A stretch of DNA of 64,000 nucleotides, taken from positions 9,545 through 73,544 of the forward strand of contig JANLRV010000121.1 in the NCBI GenBank assembly GCA_031361905.1. Reading direction: 5' to 3'. The notes under the pieces were generated by a model that had not been told where the DNA came from, did not search any database, and worked only from the letters and a program-made list of their open reading frames with translations. The stretch is from Actinomycetes bacterium (GTDB taxonomy: Bacteria; Actinomycetota; Thermoleophilia; Gaiellales; JALYLC01). The translations under genes and the position numbers were made by a program. Of the stretch, positions 34,656-43,514 are shown piece after piece. Each line of letters opens with the position of its first letter. The first letter of the stretch is position 1.

Positions 34656-34685
34656 GCCGGGACGTCCCCCGTCAGGAGCCATTCC

Positions 34686-36185
34686 ATGTCCCACGCCCCG
34701 ACCCGTGAGCGGCAGCGCCCCGGCCTCACGCTCGCAGTGCTCGCGCTGTCTGCGCTCGCCTACATCCTGCTCCAGTCGATGGTGCTCCCCGCGCTGCCCG
34801 AGATCGGCAGGGCGCTGCACACGACGCAGTCGACCGTCGCCTGGGTGCTCACCGCGTATCTCGTCAGCGCGTCGGTGGCCACGCCGGTGCTCGGCAGGCT
34901 CGGCGACATGTTCGGCAAGCGGCGCGTGCTCGTGGCCGTGCTCGCATCGCTCGTCGTCGGGTCGATCGTGGCCGCGCTGACGACGTCGGTCGTGGTGATG
35001 ATCATCGCGCGCGTGATCCAGGGCGGCGGCGGCGCGATCTTCCCGCTCGCCTTCAGCATCATCCGCGACGAGTTCCCCCGCGAGCGCGTCGCGGGGGCGA
35101 TCGGGCTGATCTCGGCGATCATCGGGATCGGCGCCGGCGTCGCGATCGTGATCTCGGGGCCGATCGTCGAGAACCTCTCGTTCCACTGGCTGTTCTGGAT
35201 CCCGGGCATCATGTCGGCGATCGCGATCGTCGCGACGGTGCTGTGGGTGCCCGAGTCTCCGATCACGGCGCCCGGCCGCATCAACGTTCGCTCGATCGCA
35301 ACGCTCTCCGGCTGGCTCGTCTGCCTGCTGCTCGGGGTCAGCGAGGGCGGTGACTGGGGCTGGACGTCGGCGCGCGTGCTCGCGCTGTTCGCCGGCGCCG
35401 TCGTGCTCTTCTCCACCTGGCTGTTGACCGAGCTCACCGCCGCCGAGCCGCTCGTCGACGTCCGCATGATGCGGATCCCGGCGGTCTGGTGGACGAACGT
35501 CTCGGCAACGCTCTTCGGCTTCGGCATGTACTCGCTGATGCTCGCCGTGCCCGCCTACCTGCAGACGCCGTCGAGCGCGGGCTACGGGTTCGGCGCCTCG
35601 ATCACGCGCTCGGGCTTCGCGCTCTTGCCGATGTCGGGCGCGATGCTCGTCGCCGGGGTGCTGACGGGCGCGCTGACGACCCGTTTCGGCTCCAAGGTCC
35701 CGCTCGTGCTCGGCTCCGCGCTGAGCGCGCTCGGCATGCTCTTCCTGAGCCTCGAGCACGGCAGCGAGTGGAACTTCTACGCTGCCATGCTGATGGTGGG
35801 GCTGGGCATCGGGTTCGCGTTCTCGGCGATGTCGAACCTCGTCGTCGAGGCCGTGCCGCCGAGCCAGACCGGCGTGGCGACGGGCATGAACGCGAACGTG
35901 CGGACGATCGGCGGCTCGATCGGCAGCCAGGTCGTCGCGACGCTGATCGCCGCGGGCGTCGTCGCCCGAGCGCTGCCCCACGAGCGGGGCTACGTGGTCG
36001 CGTTCGTCGTGATGGGCGTGGCCCTCGCGGGAGCGGGCGTCGCCGCGGTGTTCGTCCCATCGCGGGCGAAGCGAAGCGCGCCGACACACGACCGAGAGGC
36101 GCACGAGTTCGACGCCATGGCAGACGACGCGAGCCTGTTCGGACCCGCCGAGGCGGGTCTCGCGATCGGGGAGCGTCTGGCATGA
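34686..36185 (+). CDS. MFS transporter, DHA2 (EmrB/QacA-like, 14-TMS) type
   Basis: 499 aa with many TM segments. Motif-A-like LGRLGDMFGKRRV. Confidence 0.85.
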   Translation: MSHAPTRERQRPGLTLAVLALSALAYILLQSMVLPALPEIGRALHTTQSTVAWVLTAYLVSASVATPVLGRLGDMFGKRRVLVAVLASLVVGSIVAALTTSVVVMIIARVIQGGGGAIFPLAFSIIRDEFPRERVAGAIGLISAIIGIGAGVAIVISGPIVENLSFHWLFWIPGIMSAIAIVATVLWVPESPITAPGRINVRSIATLSGWLVCLLLGVSEGGDWGWTSARVLALFAGAVVLFSTWLLTELTAAEPLVDVRMMRIPAVWWTNVSATLFGFGMYSLMLAVPAYLQTPSSAGYGFGASITRSGFALLPMSGAMLVAGVLTGALTTRFGSKVPLVLGSALSALGMLFLSLEHGSEWNFYAAMLMVGLGIGFAFSAMSNLVVEAVPPSQTGVATGMNANVRTIGGSIGSQVVATLIAAGVVARALPHERGYVVAFVVMGVALAGAGVAAVFVPSRAKRSAPTHDREAHEFDAMADDASLFGPAEAGLAIGERLA

Positions 36186-36829
36186 CCGGGCTCCGCGCCG
36201 ACGCCGTGCGCAACCGCAAGCGCGTGCTCGAGGCGGCGCGCGCCGCCCACGCGCAGAGCGGCACGGCGCTCTGCATGCACGAGGTCGCCCGCCGCGCCGG
36301 CGTGGGAGTCGGCACGGTCTACCGGCACTTCCCGTCGCGCCAGGCGCTGATCGACGCGATCGCCCACCCGTTCTTCGAGCGGGGCCTCGCGCTCGCGCAC
36401 GCGGTCGCCGAGACGGAGCCGCAGGGCGAGCGCTTCGCGCGCTTCCTGCGCGGCTTCGCCGAGGCGCTGGCGAGCCACGGCGTGCCCGGCCATTGCATGT
36501 GGGATGCGCCGGCCGCACGCCCCGTGCGCACGGAGCTGCGCGGGCTCGTCGCGTCGTTCGTCGACTCGGGCCGCCGCTCCGGCACGCTGCGCGCCGATCT
36601 GACGGCCGAGGACGCGTTCGCGCTGCTGTGGACGATCGCGATGCTGATCGACGCGTCCGATGGCCGGCGTCCGGAGATCTGGCGCCGTCACGTCGAGCTT
36701 GCGCTCGACGGCCTGCGGGTCGGCGCGCCCGCCCGGCTCGAGGCGCCGCCGTTCGCTCTCGGCCAATGGGACGGGTTCGTGCATGAGACGGCAGCACGGG
36801 CCGGCAGCGGCGAGGCCGACGAGCTGTAG
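36182..36829 (+). CDS. TetR/AcrR family transcriptional regulator
   Basis: The ATG shares ATGA with the MFS stop. HTH MHEVARRAGVGVGTVYRHFPSRQALI. Confidence 0.85.
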   Translation: MTGLRADAVRNRKRVLEAARAAHAQSGTALCMHEVARRAGVGVGTVYRHFPSRQALIDAIAHPFFERGLALAHAVAETEPQGERFARFLRGFAEALASHGVPGHCMWDAPAARPVRTELRGLVASFVDSGRRSGTLRADLTAEDAFALLWTIAMLIDASDGRRPEIWRRHVELALDGLRVGAPARLEAPPFALGQWDGFVHETAARAGSGEADEL

Positions 36830-36904
36830 GCGCCTCGGCCTCGCTCGCGATGCTCGGCGAGCGAGCAGAGGATCTGCGATCTTCCCGCGCATGGAGCGAG
36901 ATCG

Positions 36905-38158
36905 ATGAGAGTCGCGATCGTCGGTGGCGGGGTGATCGGCGCAGCCTGCGCGTTCTCGCTGCTCGACGTCGCCGACGAGATCGTGCTGCTCGACGCGGGT
37001 GCGATCGGGGGCGGAGCCTCGGCGGGCAATGCCGGCTGGGTCACACCGAGCCTCGCCATGCCGCTCGCGTCGCCCGGGATCGTACGCACGGGCTTGCGCT
37101 CCGCGTTCGATCCGCGCGGCGCGCTCGTGATCCGCCCGACCCTCGACCCGACCTGGCTGCGCTGGCTCTGGCGCTTCACGCGCAGCAGCCGGGCGGCCGT
37201 CTTCGACCGGGGCGTCGAGGCCCTGCTCGGCATGACGACCCGCTCGCTCGAAGGCCTCGACCAGATGCGAGCGGCCGGCGTGCAGTTCGAGGAGCACCGC
37301 GCCGGGCTGCTCGCCGTCGCGCGGAACCGCGAGGGCCTGCACTGGTTCGACCAGACGTTCGCGGCCCTCCGCGCCCACGGCTTCCAGGGCTCGCTCGAGG
37401 CGATGGACGGGTCGGCCGCTCGCACGCTCGAGCCTGCCCTGAGCGACGCCGTCGGCTGGGCCGTGCGCACCGAGATCGACCGTCATGTCGCGCCAGAGAG
37501 CCTCGTCGCCGGCCTCGGCGAGCACGTCCGCCGACGCGGTGTGCTTGTGAGAGAGCACACTCGCGTGGACGCGCTGCGCCGCGCGGGAAGCGAGTGGGCG
37601 CTCGACGGCGACGCGGGGGAGCTCGCGCGCTCCGACCTCGTCGTGCTCGCGAGCGCGCTCGGAACCGCAGAGCTCGTTCGCCCGTTCGGGCTGCGCCTGC
37701 CGCTCGTCGGCGCCAAGGGCTACTCCGTGACCGTTCCTGCGCCCGAGCCCTCGCCCGCCCTGCCGCTCTACCTCTGCGAGCCGAAGCTCGGGCTCTCACC
37801 GCTCGCGGCCGGCCTGCGGATCGCGGGGTTCTTCGAGCTGGGCGCCCGCGATGGAGCGCCCAGCCCGTCGCGCGCCCGCCAGCTCGTGGCCGACACCGCG
37901 CCCTACCTCGCGAGCCCGTGCGACGGCCCGCCGCTCGAGGGACCGGCAGGCTGGGCCGGCTTCCGGCCGGCCACGCCGGACAGCCTGCCGTTGCTCGGCC
38001 CCGCGCCGGGCCTGCCCGGCGTCGTGCTCGCGACCGGCCACGGGATGCTCGGCATCACGCTCGCCCCGGCCACCGGGCTCGCCGTCGCGGCGCTCGCCCG
38101 GGGGGAGCGGCCGGCCTGGATCACGCCGTTCGACCCCGCACGCTCCGTGCGCGGCTGA
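36905..38158 (+). CDS. FAD-dependent oxidoreductase (DAO/DadA-like amine or amino-acid dehydrogenase family)
   Basis: 417 aa. MRVAIVGGGVIGAACAF (GxGxxG) and a C-terminal GHGMLGITLAPATG region typical of the DAO family. Confidence 0.8.
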   Translation: MRVAIVGGGVIGAACAFSLLDVADEIVLLDAGAIGGGASAGNAGWVTPSLAMPLASPGIVRTGLRSAFDPRGALVIRPTLDPTWLRWLWRFTRSSRAAVFDRGVEALLGMTTRSLEGLDQMRAAGVQFEEHRAGLLAVARNREGLHWFDQTFAALRAHGFQGSLEAMDGSAARTLEPALSDAVGWAVRTEIDRHVAPESLVAGLGEHVRRRGVLVREHTRVDALRRAGSEWALDGDAGELARSDLVVLASALGTAELVRPFGLRLPLVGAKGYSVTVPAPEPSPALPLYLCEPKLGLSPLAAGLRIAGFFELGARDGAPSPSRARQLVADTAPYLASPCDGPPLEGPAGWAGFRPATPDSLPLLGPAPGLPGVVLATGHGMLGITLAPATGLAVAALARGERPAWITPFDPARSVRG

Positions 38159-39594
38159 TGTTCACGAACCGCTTCCCACGACTGGAGCCGCTCTCGAACG
38201 AGGCGATCGCAGTGCTCGAGGGAGGCTGGAAGCGGCTCGTCTCCGAGATCGGCATCCAGTTCGACCACCCCGAGGCGCTCGCGCGCTTCCGCTCCGCGGG
38301 ACAGCAGGTCGAGGACACGATCGTCAAGCTCGACCCGGAGTTCGTGCTCGAGCAGATCGCGAAGGCCCCGGCCGAGTTCACGCTGCATGCGCGCAACCCG
38401 GCGCGCAGCGTGGCGATCGGCGGTGACGCGATGGTCTTCGTGCCGGTCCAGGGCCCACCGTTCGTGCGACGTGGCGACGAGCGGCGCGAGGCCACGCTCG
38501 CCGACCTCGACGACTTCTGCCGGCTCGCCCAGAGCCTCGACGATCTCGACACGGCCGGCGGGCTGCCCTGCGAGCCGAACGACCGCCCGCTCGACTCGCG
38601 CCATCTCGACATCGTGCGCAGCCTCGTCACGCTCACGGACAAGCCGTTTCAGGGATCGCAGATCTCCGGAGTCGCCGCAGCCGACTCGCTCGCGCTCGGG
38701 CGGATCGTCTTCGGCGATGCGCTCGACCGGCAGGCCTGCATGTACACGAACGTGAACGTGAACTCCCCGCTCCGCTACGACGAGCGGATGCTCGAGGCGC
38801 TGCTCGCCTACGCCGAGGCGGGCCAGGCGGTGATCGTCACGCCGTTCCTGCTGATGGGCGCGATGGCGCCGGTCTCGATCCCGGCCGCGCTCGCGCAGCA
38901 GACCGCCGAGGCGCTCGCCGGCATCGCGCTCGTGCAGCTCGTGCGGCCCGGGTGCCCGGTCGTGCTCGGCTCGTTCCTCTCGAACACCGATATGAAGTCG
39001 GGCTCACCGGGGTTCGGCGGACCTGAATCCGCGTTCGGCCTGCTCGCGAGCGGCCAGCTCGCACGGCACTATCGTCTGCCCTGGCGGTCGGGCGGCGGAG
39101 CGCTCACGACGAGCCCTGTGCCCGATGCGCAGGCCGCGTTCGAGGGCACGAACACGATGATGTCGGCCTTCCTCGCGGGCGCCAACGTCGTGATGCACAC
39201 GGCCGGCTGGCTCGAGGGAGGTCTCGTCGCCTCGTTCGAGAAGGTCGTCGTCGACCTCGACATCGTGCGCACGCTCTGCGCCGAGTTCACACCGATCGAG
39301 ATCGACGCGGAGAGCCTCGCGTTCGAGGCCCACGACGAGGTGCGCCACGGCGGCCACTTTCTCGGGGCCGCGCACACGATGACGCGCTTTCGCGACTGCT
39401 TCTACCGGCCGCTGCTCTCAACCACCGAGAACTTCCAGCGGTGGACCCGCAACGGCTCGCAGGACGCCGCGACGCGTGCGACTGCGATCGTCGCCGAGCT
39501 GCTCGCCGCCTACGAGCCGCCCCCGTTCGACGCGGCAATCGCCGCAGAGCTCGACGAGCACGTCGCACGCCGGCGGCGCGAGCTCGGGGACTGA
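38158..39594 (+). CDS. trimethylamine methyltransferase (MttB) superfamily protein, non-pyrrolysine type
   Basis: 478 aa uninterrupted (no in-frame TAG). Full-length MttB-like sequence (..LSNEAIAVLEGGWKRLVSEIGIQF..MSAFLAGANVVMHTAGWLEGGL..). The ATG shares one base with the upstream stop (TGATG). Confidence 0.8.
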   Translation: MFTNRFPRLEPLSNEAIAVLEGGWKRLVSEIGIQFDHPEALARFRSAGQQVEDTIVKLDPEFVLEQIAKAPAEFTLHARNPARSVAIGGDAMVFVPVQGPPFVRRGDERREATLADLDDFCRLAQSLDDLDTAGGLPCEPNDRPLDSRHLDIVRSLVTLTDKPFQGSQISGVAAADSLALGRIVFGDALDRQACMYTNVNVNSPLRYDERMLEALLAYAEAGQAVIVTPFLLMGAMAPVSIPAALAQQTAEALAGIALVQLVRPGCPVVLGSFLSNTDMKSGSPGFGGPESAFGLLASGQLARHYRLPWRSGGGALTTSPVPDAQAAFEGTNTMMSAFLAGANVVMHTAGWLEGGLVASFEKVVVDLDIVRTLCAEFTPIEIDAESLAFEAHDEVRHGGHFLGAAHTMTRFRDCFYRPLLSTTENFQRWTRNGSQDAATRATAIVAELLAAYEPPPFDAAIAAELDEHVARRRRELGD

Positions 39595-39605
39595 CCGGGC
39601 GCCGT

Positions 39606-40433
39606 CTACTCGACGGCGAGCGCCATCAGGGCCACGGCGACGGCGACGAGCGCGAGGCCGAGCTGCTGCCTCCGTCGCAGCCGCTCGCCGAAGAAGAGCA
39701 CGGCGCCGAGCGCTCCCACCGTGCCGAACTGGGCCGCCAGCACGCCCGCCATCGAGGCGGGCCCACGGTCGGCCGCGACGACGAACGAGAAGTAGGCGAC
39801 CGCGTCGCCGACGCCCCACGCGACGACCGGCCAGATCTGCGTCCGCGCTGCCGCGAGCACGTTCCTGCTGATCGCGAGCGGCACCATCAGCGCCACCGCG
39901 GTGAGCCGCACCAGCACGAACGCCCAGATCACGCCGAGCTCGCTCGCGAGCGGCGCCGAGAGCGCGAGCACGCCGCCCCAGAGGATCGCCGCGGTGGCCG
40001 CAGGCAGCACGCCGCCGCGACCGCCGCCGCCACTGCTCGAGACCAAGACGACGCCGAGGAGCGCGAGCGGGATGCCGACGAGGATCAGCGACCCCACGCG
40101 CTCGCCGGCCGCGAGCGAGAGCGCAGCCGCGACCCCGCCCTCGCACGAGACGATCGGGGCGACGACGGACACGGCGCCCTTGGTGAAGGCCATCAGGCCG
40201 GCCTGGAAGCCGAGCACCGTCAGCACCGCCACGAGCAGCACGAGCCCGAGCGCCCGCTCCGAGAGGTTCGGTCTCCCGGCGACGACGACGAGCGGCACGC
40301 TCAGCGCGGCGCCGAGCGCCGTCGACGCGAACACCATGGGAAACGCGCCGATGTTGCGCACGCCTCGAGCGAGAACCGAATCCGGCGCGCCCCACGCGAA
40401 CGCGGCGAGCAGGCCGAGGAGGATCGTCAGCAC
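39606..40433 (-). CDS. DMT/EamA-like membrane protein
   Basis: 275 aa, very hydrophobic (about 9-10 TM). GTG start. Confidence 0.65.
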   Translation of the reverse strand: MLTILLGLLAAFAWGAPDSVLARGVRNIGAFPMVFASTALGAALSVPLVVVAGRPNLSERALGLVLLVAVLTVLGFQAGLMAFTKGAVSVVAPIVSCEGGVAAALSLAAGERVGSLILVGIPLALLGVVLVSSSGGGGRGGVLPAATAAILWGGVLALSAPLASELGVIWAFVLVRLTAVALMVPLAISRNVLAAARTQIWPVVAWGVGDAVAYFSFVVAADRGPASMAGVLAAQFGTVGALGAVLFFGERLRRRQQLGLALVAVAVALMALAVE

Positions 40434-40472
40434 CGCATTGGCCTCTCGGAGATCCCGTCGATGCCCGGGCCG

Positions 40473-41843
40473 CTAGCGCTCGAGCTGTTCGAGCAGCCCG
40501 AGCCAGACCTCGGTGCGGGTCGGGAAGGTCGGCACGGCGTGGGCGAGGTCGTCCAGGGGCACGGCTCCCGCGATCGCGACCGTCGCGCTGTGCACGAGCT
40601 CCGCCACGTCGGGCCCGGTGAAGGTCGCGCCGACGAGCACGCGTCGTCCGCGGTCGACGACGAGGCGGCACGTGCCGGGCGCGTTGCGGCCGTGGAAGCT
40701 CGCCCCCGCGTTCGCCGACGTCTCGACGTCGACGGCCTCGACGTCGAGACCCGCGTCCTCGGCCGAGGCGAGCGTGTGCCCCGACGCGGCGACCTGCGGG
40801 TCGGTGAAGATCACGCGCGGCGGCGGCCCGCTCTCGCGCACGCTCGCCGCGCGCCCGCGGATCACGTCGGCGGCGATGCGCGCGTGGTACTTGCCCATGT
40901 GCGTGAGCGGCGCGCGGCCGTTGACATCGCCGATCGCCAGCAGCCACGGCGCCCCCGCAACCTGAAGACGGTCGTCCACGGCGATCGCCTCGCCGGGAGC
41001 GAGCCCGATCGTCTCGAGGCCGAGATCGCTCGTGTGCGGGCGCCGGCCGGCGGCGACGAGCAGCTCGTCGGCTCGCAGCAGCTCGCCGCCTTCGAGCTCC
41101 ACCGTCACCCCTCGGTTCGCCTCTCGATCGACACGCCTCACCGGCTTCGCCAGGCGAAGCTCCACGCCGAGCTCCGTCAGAGCAGCGGCGACCTGCTCGC
41201 GCGCGAACGGCTCCTCGCGCGAGATCAGCGAGCGGGACCGGTGCACGAGCGTGACGTGCGAGCCGAGCGTCGCCCACGCCTGCGCCAGCTCGACCGCGAC
41301 CACGCCGCCGCCGAGCACGATCAGGCTCTCGGGAGCGGCCTTGGCAGTGGTCGCCTCGCGGCTCGTCCACGGCCCCGCCTCCACGAGGCCCGGGATGCCG
41401 GGCAGCGCGGCGACGCTCCCGACCGCGACGACGACCGCGCGCTCGGCGGTGAGCGTCACGTCTGCGACGACGACGCGCCGCTCGCCGTCGAAGCGGCCGT
41501 GGCCGCGCACGAGCACGACGCCCCGCTGTTCGAGCCACGGAAGCTGCGAGGCGTCATCGAGATCGTGGATCACCTCGTCGCGCCGCCGCAGCGCCGAGCC
41601 GACGTCCAGCCTCCCCGTGACGGCCTCGCGCGCACCCGGCACGCGCTCGACCTCGGCCAGCAGCTGGGCCGGGCGGAGCAGCGCCTTCGACGGCATGCAG
41701 GCCCAGTACGAGCACTCCCCGCCGACGAGCTCGCGCTCGACGATCGCCACGCTGAGCCCCGCCTCGGCGAGCCTCCCCGCGCAGACCTCGCCTGCGGGCC
41801 CGGCGCCGATCACGACGACGTCGAAGCGCTGGTCGGCCACCAC
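40473..41843 (-). CDS. class I pyridine nucleotide-disulfide oxidoreductase (dihydrolipoyl dehydrogenase / mercuric reductase-like)
   Basis: 456 aa. FDVVVIGAGPAGEV (FAD), redox-active GGECSYWACMPSK, and a C-terminal dimerisation region with HPT-like FPT. Confidence 0.85.
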   Translation of the reverse strand: MVADQRFDVVVIGAGPAGEVCAGRLAEAGLSVAIVERELVGGECSYWACMPSKALLRPAQLLAEVERVPGAREAVTGRLDVGSALRRRDEVIHDLDDASQLPWLEQRGVVLVRGHGRFDGERRVVVADVTLTAERAVVVAVGSVAALPGIPGLVEAGPWTSREATTAKAAPESLIVLGGGVVAVELAQAWATLGSHVTLVHRSRSLISREEPFAREQVAAALTELGVELRLAKPVRRVDREANRGVTVELEGGELLRADELLVAAGRRPHTSDLGLETIGLAPGEAIAVDDRLQVAGAPWLLAIGDVNGRAPLTHMGKYHARIAADVIRGRAASVRESGPPPRVIFTDPQVAASGHTLASAEDAGLDVEAVDVETSANAGASFHGRNAPGTCRLVVDRGRRVLVGATFTGPDVAELVHSATVAIAGAVPLDDLAHAVPTFPTRTEVWLGLLEQLER

Positions 41844-41850
41844 GGGCGAG

Positions 41851-41856
41851 ACTCTA
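41851..41856 (-). promoter_or_regulatory. -10 box TAGAGT placed 7 nt before the GTG start (candidate leaderless promoter)
   Basis: Minus strand reads ccggTAGAGTctcgcccGTG. The same cGGTAGAGTC context occurs upstream of the SDR at 56853, and cGGTAGACTC upstream of the ACAD at 9425. Confidence 0.4.
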
Positions 41857-41888
41857 CCGGCTGCAGAGTCGCGGCCGGAGCCGCGCTC

Positions 41889-42461
41889 CTACTCCACCGG
41901 GTCGGCGATCAGCCGGACGCGGTGGGCCGCCATCCAGTGATCGCGCCAGTCCCGCACGCGGCGGACCTGCTGAAGATCGGCCGGCTTGAACGCGAAGGCA
42001 ACCTGGCGAACGCCGAACGACATCGTCAGAACCCGCGTCACGTAGGCCGCGACCCAGGTCGGCTCGGCCTGGCGCTCGACGTTCTCATCGATGCCCCACG
42101 CGAGCTGGACGACATCGCCCACCGACGGCGGATCGGCGTGCCACGTCGTCCGGCAGCCCGACTCCGAGAAGTCGAGGCAGACCGCCCGCGAGCGCTGCCC
42201 CTTCGTGAAGGGCCCTTCGCTCTCGGTGCGCACGAGGATCGGCGACCGGCCGGCCGGAGCCCGCGAGTCGCGCCGGTCGCCCGAGCGCGTGACGGGTGCG
42301 GTCGAGACCGAGGCATGCCAGACGCCCGTCTCGCTCGTGCAGCGCACGCGGCCATCCTCCGGGGTCTTGAGACCACCGGCGTCGACGCAGACGATCCAGC
42401 TTCCGTCCTCGAACTGCTCGAGCACGCCCGTGCCGAGCAGCTCGTCTTCGGTCGAGGACAT
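41889..42461 (-). CDS. PilZ-like domain protein (putative c-di-GMP receptor)
   Basis: RRDSR followed 29 residues later by DFSESG fits the PilZ RxxxR..(D/N)xSxxG pattern. Start is ATG 42461 (GGAGA upstream) or GTG 42521. Confidence 0.45.
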   Translation of the reverse strand: MSSTEDELLGTGVLEQFEDGSWIVCVDAGGLKTPEDGRVRCTSETGVWHASVSTAPVTRSGDRRDSRAPAGRSPILVRTESEGPFTKGQRSRAVCLDFSESGCRTTWHADPPSVGDVVQLAWGIDENVERQAEPTWVAAYVTRVLTMSFGVRQVAFAFKPADLQQVRRVRDWRDHWMAAHRVRLIADPVE

Positions 42462-42566
42462 CTCGATGATGTCTCCGACCTGCGGCGTCGCGTCCGGGGA
42501 GTCATGCGGTACAGCGTTCACGTCCGTGTCATCGGAAGACGGCGCCGGATCTTGAGCACTTTCGCG

Positions 42567-42611
42567 CCTCAGAAGCTCTAACGGAATGAATCGTGAGCGG
42601 CTGGCGAGCGG
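42567..42611. repeat. half-copy (one arm) of the 20083-20258 palindromic element
   Basis: cctcagaagctctaacggaatgaatcgtgagcggctggcgagcgg matches the reverse complement of 20211-20258 at about 39 of 46 positions by hand alignment. Confidence 0.6.
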
Positions 42612-42615
42612 GGAT

Positions 42616-43473
42616 TCAGACGAACAGCGGCGCGAGCGCGCGGCGCTCGACGAGCGCGTCGATCGCCCCGGCGGCCGGAGCCGCCTCGAATCGCGCCGCC
42701 GCGGCGAGCACGTGCGGCACGAGCGACGTGTCGCCGACCGTGTTGATGAAGGCGCCCGGACGGGCCATCGCCCAGTGAACCGCGAGCTCGATCTCGTCCG
42801 GCTCGGTGAGCGGCTCGTACCACGTCTGCGAGGTCTGCGGCCGGCCGTTCCACGGGGCGAGCGCGATGCTCTTGATCGTCTGCAGCGCGACGCCGCGCTC
42901 GGCGCAGGTCGCGGCCAGAGCGTCGAACTCGGCGGCATAGCGGGCGTCTCGCATCTGCACGGCGTTGTACGGCAAAAGCACGGAGTCGAACGGGAACCGG
43001 TCGAGGCTGCGCCGGTGCATCGCCGGGACCGAGAGGCCGTGGCCCGTCACGCCGATGAAGCGCACGAGGCCCTCGTCGCGCGCCTCGATCGCGGCCTCGA
43101 GCGCGCCGCCGTCGCGCAGCGCCGTCTCCCACTCGATCACGTCGACGAGGTTGTGCAGCTGGATCAGGTCGAGGCGGTCGACACCGAGGCGCTCGAGCGA
43201 GCGGTGGATCTCCTCCTTCGCGCCGCGGTACTCGCGCTGGCCGGTCTTCGTGCCGACGAAGAACGTGCCCGGATGCCGGGCGAGCCAGCTCGCCACGCGC
43301 AGCTCGGAGTCGCCGTAGGACGCGGCGGTGTCGATGTGATTGACGCCGTGCTCGAGCAGCAGCTCGAGGGTCGCCTCGGCTGCGGCGCGCGAGACGTCGC
43401 CGAGCGCGGCCGCGCCGAAGATCGTGCGAGTGCTGTCATGTCCCGTGCTGCCGAAGGGCGCTGTCGCGATCAT
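42616..43473 (-). CDS. aldo/keto reductase
   Basis: 285 aa. ..[15 protein letters not shown].. and ..FVGTKTG.. and ..LDLIQLHN.. are AKR signatures. Confidence 0.9.
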   Translation of the reverse strand: MIATAPFGSTGHDSTRTIFGAAALGDVSRAAAEATLELLLEHGVNHIDTAASYGDSELRVASWLARHPGTFFVGTKTGQREYRGAKEEIHRSLERLGVDRLDLIQLHNLVDVIEWETALRDGGALEAAIEARDEGLVRFIGVTGHGLSVPAMHRRSLDRFPFDSVLLPYNAVQMRDARYAAEFDALAATCAERGVALQTIKSIALAPWNGRPQTSQTWYEPLTEPDEIELAVHWAMARPGAFINTVGDTSLVPHVLAAAARFEAAPAAGAIDALVERRALAPLFV

Positions 43474-43514
43474 GCACGCAGCGTATACGGCAGCGGCGCG
43501 TGTTCTAGCGTGTT

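Noticed and set aside
34373-34685. 313-nt intergenic region upstream of the MFS gene, examined for a tRNA, small RNA or repeat.
   Set aside because: Only one long-loop inverted repeat (gggctgcgctgtc / gacagcgcagccc) and the promoter-proximal palindrome were seen. There is no tRNA-like T-arm or anticodon structure, and no similarity to the other repeats.
38158-39594. Pyrrolysine (in-frame UAG) in the MttB homolog.
   Set aside because: The reading frame is uninterrupted for 478 codons, so this is a non-Pyl member.
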